64,000 nt of DNA from Bacteroidota bacterium (lineage in GTDB: Bacteria > Bacteroidota > Ignavibacteria > UBA10030 > UBA8401), in assembly GCA_035505655.1 (NCBI GenBank), contig DATJQP010000085.1, positions 6,395 through 70,394 of the forward strand, in the 5' to 3' direction. Below the pieces are notes generated by a model that worked only from the letters and a program-made list of their open reading frames with translations, made no database searches and was not told the origin of the DNA. The position numbers and the translations under genes are program-made. Shown here in pieces: positions 29,624 through 40,300 of the stretch. Numbering within the stretch: the stretch's first letter is position 1; each line of letters begins with the position of its first letter.

Positions 29624-30879
29624 AAAGATGGACGTTGGTTTCGCTCTCTTTGGTCTTTGGAATCTCGGCGCTCATTGCCGCCGGGCCCCTCGAACTGACA
29701 GTTGCTCAGGATGGAAGCGGCCAGTACCGGACGATCCAGGCAGCGCTCGATGCGATTCCGGCGGGGGGCCATGGAAGAGTGACTATTCTGATCAAGAACG
29801 GTTTATATCACGAGAAACTGCTGGTGACGAAAAGCAATGTGGCTCTCGTCGGAGAGAGCCGCGACAGCACGCGCATCGTCTTCGCCGAGTTGCGTGAAAT
29901 CTGGCGAAAGGCCCACAACAACAGCGACTGGGGTTCGGCCGTCATCAACATCGACTCTGCGGTCACAGATCTCACGATCGCCAATCTGACGGTCTACAAT
30001 AATTACGGTACACTCTACGGCTCTCACGAGCATCAATATGCGGTCTGGGGAACCGGCACACGTATTATCATCATCGATTGCAACATCCTCGGAGACGGTG
30101 GAGATACGCTCAGCCTGTGGAACAAGACCGACGGAATGTACTACCACTCGAACTGCTATTTTGAAGGATGGGTCGACTTCGTCTGCCCCAGGGGATGGTG
30201 CTACATCACGGACAGTCGTTTCTACGGTCATAATCTGAGCGCGAGCATCTGGCATGACGGCAGTTCGAGCAAAGACGAGAAGTTCGTCATGCGCTATTGC
30301 CGATTCGACGGAGTTCCGGGATTTCCTCTTGGCCGCCATCATCGGGATGCACAATTCTATTTGCTGGATTGTATCTTCTCGAGGGAGATGGCCGATCGTC
30401 CGATCTACGCACCGCTCAATTCGCCGAACCTCGTTCCATGGGCATGGGGCGTGCGACATTATTTCTACAATTGTCATCGTGAAGGGGGAGACTACGGCTG
30501 GTTTGCGGACAACCTCTCAAGTGCTGAAGGATCTCCCGCCCCCTCGAACGTAGACGCGGCCTGGACCTTTGGCGGACGATGGGATCCTGAAACAGCGATG
30601 CCACCCGTCCTCCCGACAGTCTCTTTGCCTCATCCGAGGGATGCTGCCTACGGTATTCGGGCCGGAGAGCTTACATTGCATTGGTTGCCGGCAAGAAAAG
30701 CGGTCGCGCATCTGATATACTTCGGGAAGGATGAAGAACCGGCGCTTATGAAGAGTCAGCCCGAAGCGGCGGTGCAGGTGAAGGGACTTGATGCGAAGAC
30801 GATATACTACTGGAGGGTTGACGAAATTGCAGGATCCGACACTCTCCGGGGACCGATTTGGCATTTCACGACAGAGTAG
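29620..30879 (+). CDS. Pectinesterase (carbohydrate esterase family 8).
   Basis: Signal MKRWTLVSLSLVFGISALIAA. 'LTVAQDGSGQYRTIQAALDAIPAG', 'QYAVW..GTRIIIIDCNILGDGGDTL', 'YFEGWVDFVCPRGW'. The start overlaps the upstream stop (GTGA). Confidence 0.85.
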   Translation: MKRWTLVSLSLVFGISALIAAGPLELTVAQDGSGQYRTIQAALDAIPAGGHGRVTILIKNGLYHEKLLVTKSNVALVGESRDSTRIVFAELREIWRKAHNNSDWGSAVINIDSAVTDLTIANLTVYNNYGTLYGSHEHQYAVWGTGTRIIIIDCNILGDGGDTLSLWNKTDGMYYHSNCYFEGWVDFVCPRGWCYITDSRFYGHNLSASIWHDGSSSKDEKFVMRYCRFDGVPGFPLGRHHRDAQFYLLDCIFSREMADRPIYAPLNSPNLVPWAWGVRHYFYNCHREGGDYGWFADNLSSAEGSPAPSNVDAAWTFGGRWDPETAMPPVLPTVSLPHPRDAAYGIRAGELTLHWLPARKAVAHLIYFGKDEEPALMKSQPEAAVQVKGLDAKTIYYWRVDEIAGSDTLRGPIWHFTTE

Positions 30880-30964
30880 CCGGCGGCTCCAGCATGGAGC
30901 GCCGAATACTGAGAAGACGAATCTCTTTTTGAGTACACCTCGACAGACGATACGGAGGATCGAG

Positions 30965-33900
30965 ATGAGAACGAAATTCTACACGGCAATCTCTCTAACC
31001 CTGATGATGCTGTTGTTTGGCGTTCAATTTCTCTCAGCCCAGGCAGCAGGAGACTATATGTCGGCCGGGAGCGGTAACTGGGGTGACGCCACCACGTGGC
31101 AGACATACAACGGCACGCAGTGGGTTCCGGCTTCAACCCCTCCCCCCGATACGTCGGGAACCGTCACCATTCATGCCGGCAACACAGTGACAATAGCCGC
31201 CGGCAACCCCGATACGATCAAAGGGGCGGCTATCGTCGTCAACGGCTACCTTAAGGATCAGGCCTATCTCAATTTCGTTTCGGGCACAATGACCGTGAAC
31301 AACGGAGCGACGTACGAGATGGCTCATCCCTCGAATTCAGGTCAAGGCATACCGACGGCGACATGGAACACCGGATCGACGTGTCTGCTCACGGGGCTCA
31401 CCGGTTCGACAACGGGAATTAATGCCGGTCAGGCGTTTTACAATCTGACGATTAATTGCCCATCGATGACCTCCAACCTCAATCTTGGCTGGAACAGCGG
31501 TACGCAGAACATCGGGGGGAACGTTACAGTTCAGGGGACAGGGGCTTCGTCGAGGCTCTATTTCTGCGCTCCGACTGCAGGGGGCTCGGATACAGTGAAC
31601 ATTGCCGGGAACCTCATCGTCGACGGAAGCGCAACCACCTCTTCATCCCAGATCGCCTTCTCATCGAACGGATCGGGAAACGGAGGCACGACGATTATCA
31701 TCAACATCGGCGGAAACGTCACGGTGACGGGGAACGCGGCGAATAACGCATACACGAATTTTTCGGTCTCGCGCGGAAGTCAGGGAGGCAGCGGAACGAC
31801 ACTCTGGAACCTCTACGGCAACTTCACGATGACGAATGCCACCACGCAGAACTCGAACACAGGAGGAATAGCCAGGTTTGTCTTTTCGAAAGCGGGGAGG
31901 CAGGCGTTGAGCTTCTCGGGAGTGAATTTTGCCGGCGGATGTCCGATCGAAGTCAAGAACGGTTCCACGCTCAGCATGGGGACGAGCGTCCTTGGCAGTT
32001 CCGGGATCTTCATGGTCGATTCGGGGGCGACGCTCGAATGCGGACTCTTTGCTGGGCTTGATAGCGCCCTCTCGAACAGCGGGACGAAGACTCTTAGCAG
32101 CCAGGCGAGCTACACCTTCAATGCCACGTCGGCTCAGGTAACCGGATCCCTTTTGCCGACGACGGTTAACAACCTGACCATCGATAACCCGGCCGGTGTC
32201 ACGATCGGGAAGGCAGACACCGTTACCGGCACTCTTACGCTGACGAACGGTGTGTTGAAGATCGGGTCGAAGACGATCATTGCGAACTCAGCGGCGGGGG
32301 GGGCTGCGACGAGTTATGTCGCGACAGACAGCGGCGGAACACTTCGGATAAACGGCGTAGGCTCCACACAAAAGATCTTTCCGATCGGAATCACCGGCGC
32401 CTATGCCCCGGTCTGGATCACGAACAGCGGCAGCGTCGACACGATGACCGCCTTCGTAGTTTCGGATACGATGGGGGGAACGAAGAATCAGGGGGGGAGG
32501 GTGAAATTGAAATGGACGATCGCGGAAAATACGCCCGGCGGGAGCAACGCGATTCTCCAATTCGGATGGGTAGCACCTTCAGAAGATCCCATCTTCTCAG
32601 TGAACCGCGCCGGGAATGCAAAGATCTTCAACCTGTCGGACACCGCTCAGGCAGGAAGCGGATCCTACACCTCCCAACTCTTCAACGCACCTTTTACGAT
32701 TTCGCGCGGGGGAATCTCCTCGTTCGGAACCTTCGCGGTCGGCAATTTTACGGGGTTCGTGGCGGGGGATGGAGACTACCGTTCCCATCAATCGGGCCCA
32801 TGGTCAAACGTGAACACGTGGGAAAGGAACAACGGAACGACCTGGATTTACCCTGCTCCGTCGGCTCCAACGACGACAGACAGCACCATCGCGATTCAAA
32901 CCGGGCATATCGTTGAAGTCACCGACAGCGCGGCCGTGGATCAGGTGACTGTCAATGCCGGCGCGACGCTCAAGATCGATTCCGCAAAGACCCTCGTCCT
33001 GGCCGACGGCACCGGAACCGACCTGACCGTACTCGGCACCTTCGTCAACGGCGGCAACATCACCGTGAACACTGGAGCGAGCATCGTCGTTGCGAGCGGC
33101 GGTGTTTACGAGCATGCTCTCAACGGAGGGACCCTCCCGACAGTTTCCTGGAGCGCCGGATCCGTATGCCGGATTACCGGCATCACGAATGCAACATCCT
33201 TCAACGGAGGAACAAAACAGAATTTCAGCAATTTTGAGTGGAATAGTCCCGCTCAAACCGCGAACACCGTTTTCGGGTTCTCCGGCGACACCCTCTCGGG
33301 ATACCTCAAGATCGTCAGCACAAACACCGGTCAGCTCTCGATGTTCGGCGATCTCAACGGTTCGGCCGTGATCAACGGAGACCTGATACTGCAAGGCGGC
33401 ATGTTCAGTGTTCAAGGGACCAGCTCCGCGACGGTGGACACCGTTTATCACAACGGAAATATTTCGGTGACCGGCGGCACTCTTGCCGTCAGCCGCGGAA
33501 GCCAGGCCGGCTCGGGGAAAACAGTCTGGTACCTTTCTTCGGGGAACATGTCGGTTGTCAACGCGACGGCAATGAACGGAACGACGACGACCCATGGCGG
33601 AGCGGCGAAATTTGTATTCGCCAAAGCGGGAATCCAGTCACTCACTCTCTCCGGCGTGACCTACGGGACCGGCGGCCTGCCGATCGAGGTTTCCCCGGGA
33701 ACGACTCTTGCCATGGGGACGAACAGGATCGGAGGAGCCGGAACCTTCGCACTCTTGCCGGGTGCCACGTTGGAGTCGGCCAACGTCTACGGTCTCGACA
33801 GCTCGATCGCCCCGACGGTTGCGCGATCCTTCAGCAACGGCGCAAATTACACCTTCGACGCGCTCACTCCTCAAGTGACGGGTGCGACTCTTCCCGACAC

Positions 33901-34792
33901 AGTCAACAACCTGACACTGGCCGACACGCTTGGAGCGAGGCTTTCTTCCAACACCTCGGTGAAAGGAGTGCTGGCCCTTCTTGCCGGGAAGCTTTCGATA
34001 GGGTCGAAGCACCTCACGGCCGCCGGGATCACCGGGGTCGCGTCGTCACGGTATCTCGTCACCGATAGCGGGGGTACGGTGAGCCGGTTCGGGGTCGGTG
34101 CCGTTCAGACCCTCTTCCCGGTGGGGACCCCCTCCGCGTACTCGCCGCTTTGGATTACGAACGCGGGGACCGTTGACACATTTTCAGTCGGGGTGGCGCC
34201 GGATAGCGGCGGGACGAGGAAGGGGAATGGTCGTGTGAAACTCAAGTGGGCTGTCACTGAGCAGACTCCGGGAGGAAGTCTGGCGACGCTTCAGTTTGGA
34301 TGGTTGGCTGGACAGGAAGACTCCGCCTTTGCGGCGAGCCGCAATACGAACGACCTCATCGTCCATCTCCCCGACACGGCGCAGGTGGGAACAGGAGCCT
34401 ACACGACTCAGTTCAGCACACAGCCGTATACGCTCTCGCGCGGAGGGATCACCGCATTCGGAACTTTCACCGTCGGGAAGCTCGGCGCACTGACGGGAGT
34501 TGATAACGAGCGCTCGGATCTACCCAAAGTGTACAGCCTCAGTCAAAACTATCCCAATCCTTTCAACCCGACAACGCGGATCGCCTACGACCTTCCGAAA
34601 GATGGTCAGGTGACTCTCATTGTTTACAACGTGCTCGGACAGCAAGTGGTGACTTTGGTGGACAGGGTTCAGGAAGCTGGGAGCTACACCGTGACATTTT
34701 CCTCCGAACATGGGATCGCCTCCGGGGTCTATTTCTACGTTCTCCGGGCAGGCGATTTCGTTTCCGTCAAGAAGATGATGCTTATCAAATAG
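30965..34792 (+). CDS. Giant secreted beta-helix/adhesin-like protein (1275 aa) with an internal tandem duplication of a ~600-aa module and a T9SS CTD.
   Basis: SD GGAGG upstream. Signal MRTKFYTAISLTLMMLLFGVQFLSAQA. Module 1 begins 'AGDYMSAGSGNWGDATTWQTYNGTQW'. Module 2 begins 'GDGDYRSHQSGPWSNVNTWERNNGTTW'. Each module ends with 'GVG(S/A)(T/V)Q(K/T)(I/L)FP(I/V)G...Y(A/S)P(V/L)WITN(S/A)G(S/T)VDT...GRVKLKW...QFGW(V/L)A'. C-terminal CTD 'SQNYPNPFNPTTRIAYDLP...LIVYNVLGQQV...GVYFYVLRAGDFVSVKKMMLIK'. Confidence 0.7.
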   Translation: MRTKFYTAISLTLMMLLFGVQFLSAQAAGDYMSAGSGNWGDATTWQTYNGTQWVPASTPPPDTSGTVTIHAGNTVTIAAGNPDTIKGAAIVVNGYLKDQAYLNFVSGTMTVNNGATYEMAHPSNSGQGIPTATWNTGSTCLLTGLTGSTTGINAGQAFYNLTINCPSMTSNLNLGWNSGTQNIGGNVTVQGTGASSRLYFCAPTAGGSDTVNIAGNLIVDGSATTSSSQIAFSSNGSGNGGTTIIINIGGNVTVTGNAANNAYTNFSVSRGSQGGSGTTLWNLYGNFTMTNATTQNSNTGGIARFVFSKAGRQALSFSGVNFAGGCPIEVKNGSTLSMGTSVLGSSGIFMVDSGATLECGLFAGLDSALSNSGTKTLSSQASYTFNATSAQVTGSLLPTTVNNLTIDNPAGVTIGKADTVTGTLTLTNGVLKIGSKTIIANSAAGGAATSYVATDSGGTLRINGVGSTQKIFPIGITGAYAPVWITNSGSVDTMTAFVVSDTMGGTKNQGGRVKLKWTIAENTPGGSNAILQFGWVAPSEDPIFSVNRAGNAKIFNLSDTAQAGSGSYTSQLFNAPFTISRGGISSFGTFAVGNFTGFVAGDGDYRSHQSGPWSNVNTWERNNGTTWIYPAPSAPTTTDSTIAIQTGHIVEVTDSAAVDQVTVNAGATLKIDSAKTLVLADGTGTDLTVLGTFVNGGNITVNTGASIVVASGGVYEHALNGGTLPTVSWSAGSVCRITGITNATSFNGGTKQNFSNFEWNSPAQTANTVFGFSGDTLSGYLKIVSTNTGQLSMFGDLNGSAVINGDLILQGGMFSVQGTSSATVDTVYHNGNISVTGGTLAVSRGSQAGSGKTVWYLSSGNMSVVNATAMNGTTTTHGGAAKFVFAKAGIQSLTLSGVTYGTGGLPIEVSPGTTLAMGTNRIGGAGTFALLPGATLESANVYGLDSSIAPTVARSFSNGANYTFDALTPQVTGATLPDTVNNLTLADTLGARLSSNTSVKGVLALLAGKLSIGSKHLTAAGITGVASSRYLVTDSGGTVSRFGVGAVQTLFPVGTPSAYSPLWITNAGTVDTFSVGVAPDSGGTRKGNGRVKLKWAVTEQTPGGSLATLQFGWLAGQEDSAFAASRNTNDLIVHLPDTAQVGTGAYTTQFSTQPYTLSRGGITAFGTFTVGKLGALTGVDNERSDLPKVYSLSQNYPNPFNPTTRIAYDLPKDGQVTLIVYNVLGQQVVTLVDRVQEAGSYTVTFSSEHGIASGVYFYVLRAGDFVSVKKMMLIK

Positions 34793-34797
34793 GGCAC

Positions 34798-34840
34798 TCC
34801 TCGCAGAGCGCCGAAAGGGGGTTCTGCGAGGATTTTACTT
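34798..34840 (+). terminator. Rho-independent terminator-like hairpin after the giant CTD protein gene.
   Basis: Stem TCCTCGCAGA (34798-34807) / TCTGCGAGGA (34823-34832) with a 15-nt loop, followed by TTTTACTTT. Confidence 0.45.
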
Positions 34841-34860
34841 TACCGGTAAAGTAAACGGTT
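34840..34860 (+). promoter_or_regulatory. Conserved motif copy B: TTACCGGTAAAGTAAACGGTT (perfect 10-bp palindrome TTACCGGTAA), ~90 bp upstream of the ATG at 34950.
   Basis: Identical to copy C and 19/21 to copy A. Confidence 0.4.
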
Positions 34861-34949
34861 AGAACAAAACTACGGCAGATTTTGGCAAGACCAATAAACA
34901 ACAATTCTCCAGGCATGCGCCATGGAGCAAACTCATCCTTGGAGGTACT

Positions 34950-37088
34950 ATGAAGACAATATTGCGCTCGCTCGCTTGCGCGCTCTCTTTGGTGGGGATT
35001 CAAATCTTTGCGCAAAACACGGGGGACTACCAGACGGCTCAATCCGGCAACTGGAACGATGTGACCACGTGGCAAGAATACAACGGTGGTTGGGGAGTCG
35101 CCGCGACGGTCCCCGATTCCAGCTCCGGCAAGGTAAGCATTCTCAGCGGCCACACCGTGACGATCACGGCAGACGCGGTGGTCGACTCGGTCTTCGTCCT
35201 CTCCGGCGGCTCGCTCATCGTGAACTCCGGCGTGACGGTCACGGTCGGCCCGCCGTACCTCCCGGCTCAGGCGGGAATCGTCGTGAGCGGATCGATGACG
35301 GTCAACGGAACGTATAAGCACGCCAGGGACGGCGGAGCGATCCCGACTGCGACATGGGGGACCGGATCGACTCTCCTCATCACGGGCACAGTCGGCACGG
35401 CTCCTTCGAACGGGAACCAGAACTTTTACAACGTCACGTGGGATTGCACCGGGCAGACGACGTCTGTGAACCTCGGGTGGAGCGGAATCACGATCGGCGG
35501 CAATCTCATCTGCAACAATACCGGTACATCTCAATTTCGATTCACAAACAACAATGCCAACAGCGGAAGCCCTGTCACCATCGGGATCAACGGAGATGTG
35601 ACGGTGAACAACGCTGCCATCGTCTCGCCGACTTCTTCCGGAGCGGCGCTGGTGTACACGATCAACCAGAACGGGAATATTGTTGTCAACGGAACGGCCC
35701 AGCTCTACGTTTGCGGCACGAGCAACACCGGTGCGTACGTCACCTGGAACGTGAAAGGCAACTTCACCGCCTCGTCGACGGCACAGGTAAGATCTTCGAA
35801 TTCAATCTCCCGTTGGACATTTAACTCGGGCGCGACGCAGTCGGTCAATGTCGGGGCAAGCGCTGTTGTGGTGGCCAACGTCATCATGGAAGTGGCTGCG
35901 GGTACGAACGTTCAGCTTAGTGCGCCGCTCACCGTCAACAGGCTCGTCCTCACGAGCGGCAAGATCACCTCGACATCGACGAACAAACTGACTGTCGGGG
36001 CAGTCAACTCGATCACAGGTGGAAGCTCGACAGCCTTTGTCGAAGGGCCTATGACTCACCAGTATAACGTCGCGGCTGCACAGTCATTCTTCTTCCCGAT
36101 CGCGAAGGGGGGGATCTACCGGCCCGTCACCCTTTCGCTGACCCAAAGTGCCACGACAACCTCGAACTACACGGCGGAGATGTTCAACAGCGCACCGGCG
36201 GCGAATAACCTTCCAGGTACCCTCTCCGGAGTGTCGACGGCTCGCTCCTTCACCATTGCGGAAGCTGGAGGTGGTTCGGCCTTTACCGCGGGGACGGTCA
36301 CGCTCAATTATGACAGCGACGACGGCGTTACTGACAACGGCAATCTTCGGGTCGCGAAGAACGATGGATCCGGCAACTGGGTGGACCTCGGCGGAACCGG
36401 ATCCGCGGCAACGACGGGGAGCATTACCTCCGCGACGGCGTTCACCGATCTCACGAGCGGCACGACCTTCACACTCGCGAACAACGTCGGGGGGACCAAT
36501 CCTCTGCCTGTTGAGCTGACGAGCTTCGCAGGGAGTGCTGACCGGCTCAACGCGACTCTCACGTGGACGACAGCGACAGAGGTCAACAACCGAGGCTTTG
36601 ATATCGAGCGAAAGCCCTCCGTTGCAGCTTCACAGACGCCGGCTTCGTGGACTAAGGTCGGGAGCGTGGATGGATCCGGAACAAGCAATGTGGCTCACGG
36701 CTATTCCTTCACGGACCGCAACCTGACGGCCGGGATCTATTCGTACCGCCTGAAGCAGATTGACAGAGACGGCGGCGTCAGGTACTCCGAAAGCATTGAG
36801 GTCGAGGTAGGGATGGTTGCGAAAGCGCTTAGTCTCTCCGGCAACTATCCGAACCCGTTCAATCCTACGACGACTATCGAGTTCTCGATCGCCAAGGACG
36901 GGAGGGCTGCGGTGAAGGTCTATAACACCCTCGGTCAGGAAGTCGCGCAGCTCTTCAACGAAACCGCGCAGGCTGGGAGGCTTTATCAGGTCACCTTCAA
37001 CGGGGATCGTCTCCCGTCGGGCGTCTACTTCAGCGTTCTCGAAGCAGGCGGCCAGAAACTGGTGAAGAAAATGCTCATGGTGAAGTAA
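34950..37088 (+). CDS. Secreted beta-helix/adhesin-like family protein with a 'LPVELTSF...NNRGFDIER' domain and a T9SS CTD.
   Basis: SD GGAGG. Signal MKTILRSLACALSLVGIQIFAQ. N-module 'TGDYQTAQSGNWNDVTTWQEYNGGW...NGNQNFYNVTWDCTGQ'. 'PLPVELTSFAGSADRLNATLTWTTATEVNNRGFDIERK'. CTD 'SGNYPNPFNPTTTIEFSIAKDGRAAVKVYNTLGQEV...GVYFSVLEAGGQKLVKKMLMVK'. Confidence 0.7.
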   Translation: MKTILRSLACALSLVGIQIFAQNTGDYQTAQSGNWNDVTTWQEYNGGWGVAATVPDSSSGKVSILSGHTVTITADAVVDSVFVLSGGSLIVNSGVTVTVGPPYLPAQAGIVVSGSMTVNGTYKHARDGGAIPTATWGTGSTLLITGTVGTAPSNGNQNFYNVTWDCTGQTTSVNLGWSGITIGGNLICNNTGTSQFRFTNNNANSGSPVTIGINGDVTVNNAAIVSPTSSGAALVYTINQNGNIVVNGTAQLYVCGTSNTGAYVTWNVKGNFTASSTAQVRSSNSISRWTFNSGATQSVNVGASAVVVANVIMEVAAGTNVQLSAPLTVNRLVLTSGKITSTSTNKLTVGAVNSITGGSSTAFVEGPMTHQYNVAAAQSFFFPIAKGGIYRPVTLSLTQSATTTSNYTAEMFNSAPAANNLPGTLSGVSTARSFTIAEAGGGSAFTAGTVTLNYDSDDGVTDNGNLRVAKNDGSGNWVDLGGTGSAATTGSITSATAFTDLTSGTTFTLANNVGGTNPLPVELTSFAGSADRLNATLTWTTATEVNNRGFDIERKPSVAASQTPASWTKVGSVDGSGTSNVAHGYSFTDRNLTAGIYSYRLKQIDRDGGVRYSESIEVEVGMVAKALSLSGNYPNPFNPTTTIEFSIAKDGRAAVKVYNTLGQEVAQLFNETAQAGRLYQVTFNGDRLPSGVYFSVLEAGGQKLVKKMLMVK

Positions 37089-37099
37089 CCGGGCTCACT

Positions 37100-37140
37100 C
37101 CTCTCCCTTCTTCCTGCAAGGAGGGAGAGGGTTCGGTCTT
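37100..37140 (+). terminator. Terminator-like hairpin: CCTCTCCC-loop-GGGAGAGG followed by a T-rich segment.
   Basis: Stem 37100-37107 / 37123-37130. Downstream is 'gttcggtcttt' and a T7 run at ~37193. Confidence 0.4.
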
Positions 37141-37213
37141 TCATCGACAGATGTTTGCGGCCGGTCCGGAGGGGAATGTGGCTATCAGTGCGGTTTTTTT
37201 GTTGCATTGAAAG

Positions 37214-37234
37214 TTACCGGTAAAGTAAACGGTT
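37214..37234 (+). promoter_or_regulatory. Conserved motif copy C: TTACCGGTAAAGTAAACGGTT, ~95 bp upstream of the ATG at 37329.
   Basis: Perfect palindrome TTACCGGTAA plus AGTAAACGGTT; identical to copy B. Confidence 0.4.
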
Positions 37235-37328
37235 GCGGGCTAATGCTTGGACGGAGAAAAGGGGACGGATTCCTCCGCATGAATAGCAATCGGTCAACGA
37301 CATGATCTTCTACGAAGCGAGGTTCAGT

Positions 37329-40300
37329 ATGAAAAACTCATTCTGCTTATGCCTGGCGGTATTTCTCGGATTGTCAACCGCGATGATTGCTCAGAACACA
37401 GGTGATTTTCGCAGTTATCAGAGCGGAAATTGGAGCGCCGCTAGTACCTGGAACTATTATGACGGCGCCAACTGGGTTAACCCCGCGCCCAATTTTCCTA
37501 CCTCCTCCGACGGCGCTGTTGAAATCCTCTCCGGGCATACGATCAACCTCGACACTTCCATCTCTGTGGACCAGACGACGATCGATGCCGGCGGCAGCGT
37601 CATCGTCGGAGTCAACAAGACATTGACTGTCGCGGATGGGGCGGACAGCGTTGATCTTGTCGTCAACGGCACATTCAATAATTTCGGGACACTTACCGTC
37701 GCCGGGAGGATGAGTTTCGAAAACGGCGGGCTGTATATCCACAGCACTCCGGCGGGCGCCGGGTCACTCCCCACGATCACCTGGCGGATTGGCGCCACCT
37801 GCCGCATCGACAGCTCCTCCGGATCGAATCCATCAAACATCAATCTTCAGAGTTTTGCCAACTTCATATGGAATGCGACAAACCAAGGGGCGAATGGAGG
37901 TCCGAATTTTTCGGACGGCGCGATTATAGCAGGCGATCTGACCGTGATGAGCTCCAAGGGGCTCCAATTCCGGTTGACGAACCTGAACGGCGGCCAGACT
38001 AAAAATGTCTACATCCGCGGCAGCGTTTATGTCAACGGGTCGACCGCGGTTCTCACTTCGACGGGGAGCGGCGCGGACACTGCCGCAAAAGCGGTGATCA
38101 ACGTTGACGGCAATGTCGCGGTCACTGCCGGACAATTGAGCCTCAACAACAGCGGCAGCGCCTACGCCGAATGGAAGATCAAGGGGAACCTGAGCGTCAC
38201 GGGGGGCACACTCCAGAGCGGCGCGAGCGGTTGGTACGGACGACGTGCTCTAAATTTCTGTGGTGGAGGCACCCAGACCCTGACGGTGAATTCCCCCGGC
38301 ACGATCGGTTCGGCGACGACTCTTTTCAAAGTCACCAAAGGCACGACGCTGCAATTGATGTCACCCCTCACTCTCATGAACAGCGGTGCCCTGAGCCTCC
38401 AGGATTCCGGGACTGTAGTCACCACATCGACAAATCTTCTGACCATCCCGGCGTCAGCCGCCATTCTTGGCGGATCGGCTTCGAGCTACGTCAACGGACC
38501 TCTTGCAGAAGTTGTTGCCGCATTGACGGCAACAAAGACATTCCCCGTCGGAAAGGGGGTCTTGTACCGGCCCCTCACGTTCTCACTCAATCATGACGCA
38601 GCGACCGCCACGACCTATACCGCGGAGGTATTCAATACCGCTCCTGCCTCCCGGACTCTTCCCTCCACGCTGAACAGCGTCTCGTCGGTCCGCTACTATC
38701 ATGTGACCAAAGGGAGCGGGGCCAATCTCTCCGGGACTCTCGGTGGAACCGTTCAGATTTCCTACGGGACCGATGACCTTGTGTCGGATTCCTCCGTCGT
38801 GAGGGTTGCCGAGGATTCAGCGGCAAATAATTGGATCAATCTGGGGGGAAGCGGGACGGCGAGCGGCGTCGGAACGATAACATCGAATGCATTCTTCTCA
38901 CTCTCCTCCGATGATTTCGTTCTGGCGACGGCGAATACCGGGGCATCGGCATCGCTGGCGATCCTGACGACTACCGCCGTCACAAGGATCTCCACGACGA
39001 GCGCACGATCCGGAGGGAATGTCACGAACGACGGCGGGGGAGCGATCACCGAAAGGGGAGTCTGCTGGAACACCGGAGGCGCCCCTACCATCGCCGATAC
39101 AAAACTGGCATCCGGCGCGGGGACCGGAATGTACACGAGTTCGCTCACGGGCCTGACGCCCGGAGTGGCATACCATCTTCGGGCCTACGCGACAAATCCG
39201 GCGGGAACAGCATACGGGAATGAAGTAACCTTTTCGACGTTCGCGTCAATCGTACCGCCGACGGTGACGACGACTTCCATCTCGAATATCCAGGTTACCA
39301 CGGCGATCAGCGGAGGAGCGGTGACTGATTGGGGCGGCGACACCGTTATCGCGCGTGGAGTTTGCTGGAATACGTCCGGAGCGGCGACGGTCAGCGGAAG
39401 TCACTCGGTCGACGGAAGTGATACCGGCTCGTACGCCAGCGGTCTTGCGCCCTTGTCCGGGAATACCACGTACTATGTCAGGGCATACGCGACAAACAGC
39501 TCGGGGACAGGCTACGGCAATGAGCTCTCGTTCACGACGCAGACCCCACAGCCCGATTCGACAGTGGTCGTCGCCGCGGACGGAAGCGGCAACTTCACGA
39601 CCGTCCAGGCGGCGTTTCGAGCCGTTCCCACCAACTACACGGGAAACTGGAGGATCTTCGTGAAGAAGGGGACATACTATGAAAAGGATACGCTCGCGAG
39701 CGGCAAGATCAACGTTACGCTCGAGGGTGAGGATCGCGACAGCACCATCATCACGTACGACGACTACGGGGACAAATACGGTGGGAACGGATCGGGAAAC
39801 CCGGGCACGAGCGGTTCATTTACGATCGCCATTGATGCGAGCGATTTCACCGCGAAGAATATCACCTTCCGGAACACCTATGCTCCCCAGGCCGGGGTAA
39901 GCGGGACTCAGGCGGTGGCGCTGAGAGCCCAGGGAGACCGGCACCAATACATCAACTGCAAACTCCTCGGGTATCAGGATACATACTACACCTGGGGCGG
40001 CAGCGGAACCGGACGTCTCTACCACAAGAATTGCTTCATTGAAGGGAGCGTCGATTTTATCTTCGGACGGGACATTGCCGTTTTTGACAGTTGCACGATC
40101 CATGAGATCCGTAACGGGGGAACGATCACGGCCGCGAGCACGGACGCAACCTCAAAGTACGGGTATGTTTTCCGGAACTGCACGATTGAAGCGGACTCTC
40201 TCGGCTACGATGGCGTTGTGAATTCCGCCTTCTATTTTGGCCGGCCGTGGCAGGCGAGTCCGCGAACGGTCTTTCTCAACTGCTACGTCCCGTCAAACCT

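Noticed and set aside
30788-30964. Upstream ATG starts extending the ORFs 30788, 16265, 18648, 47999, 58911, 41134 and 37302 well beyond their signal peptides.
   Set aside because: The extensions are Arg-rich and low-complexity, and they overlap the upstream genes. Internal ATGs with SD-like sequences, immediately followed by signal peptides, give much more plausible N-termini, so the shorter coordinates were used.
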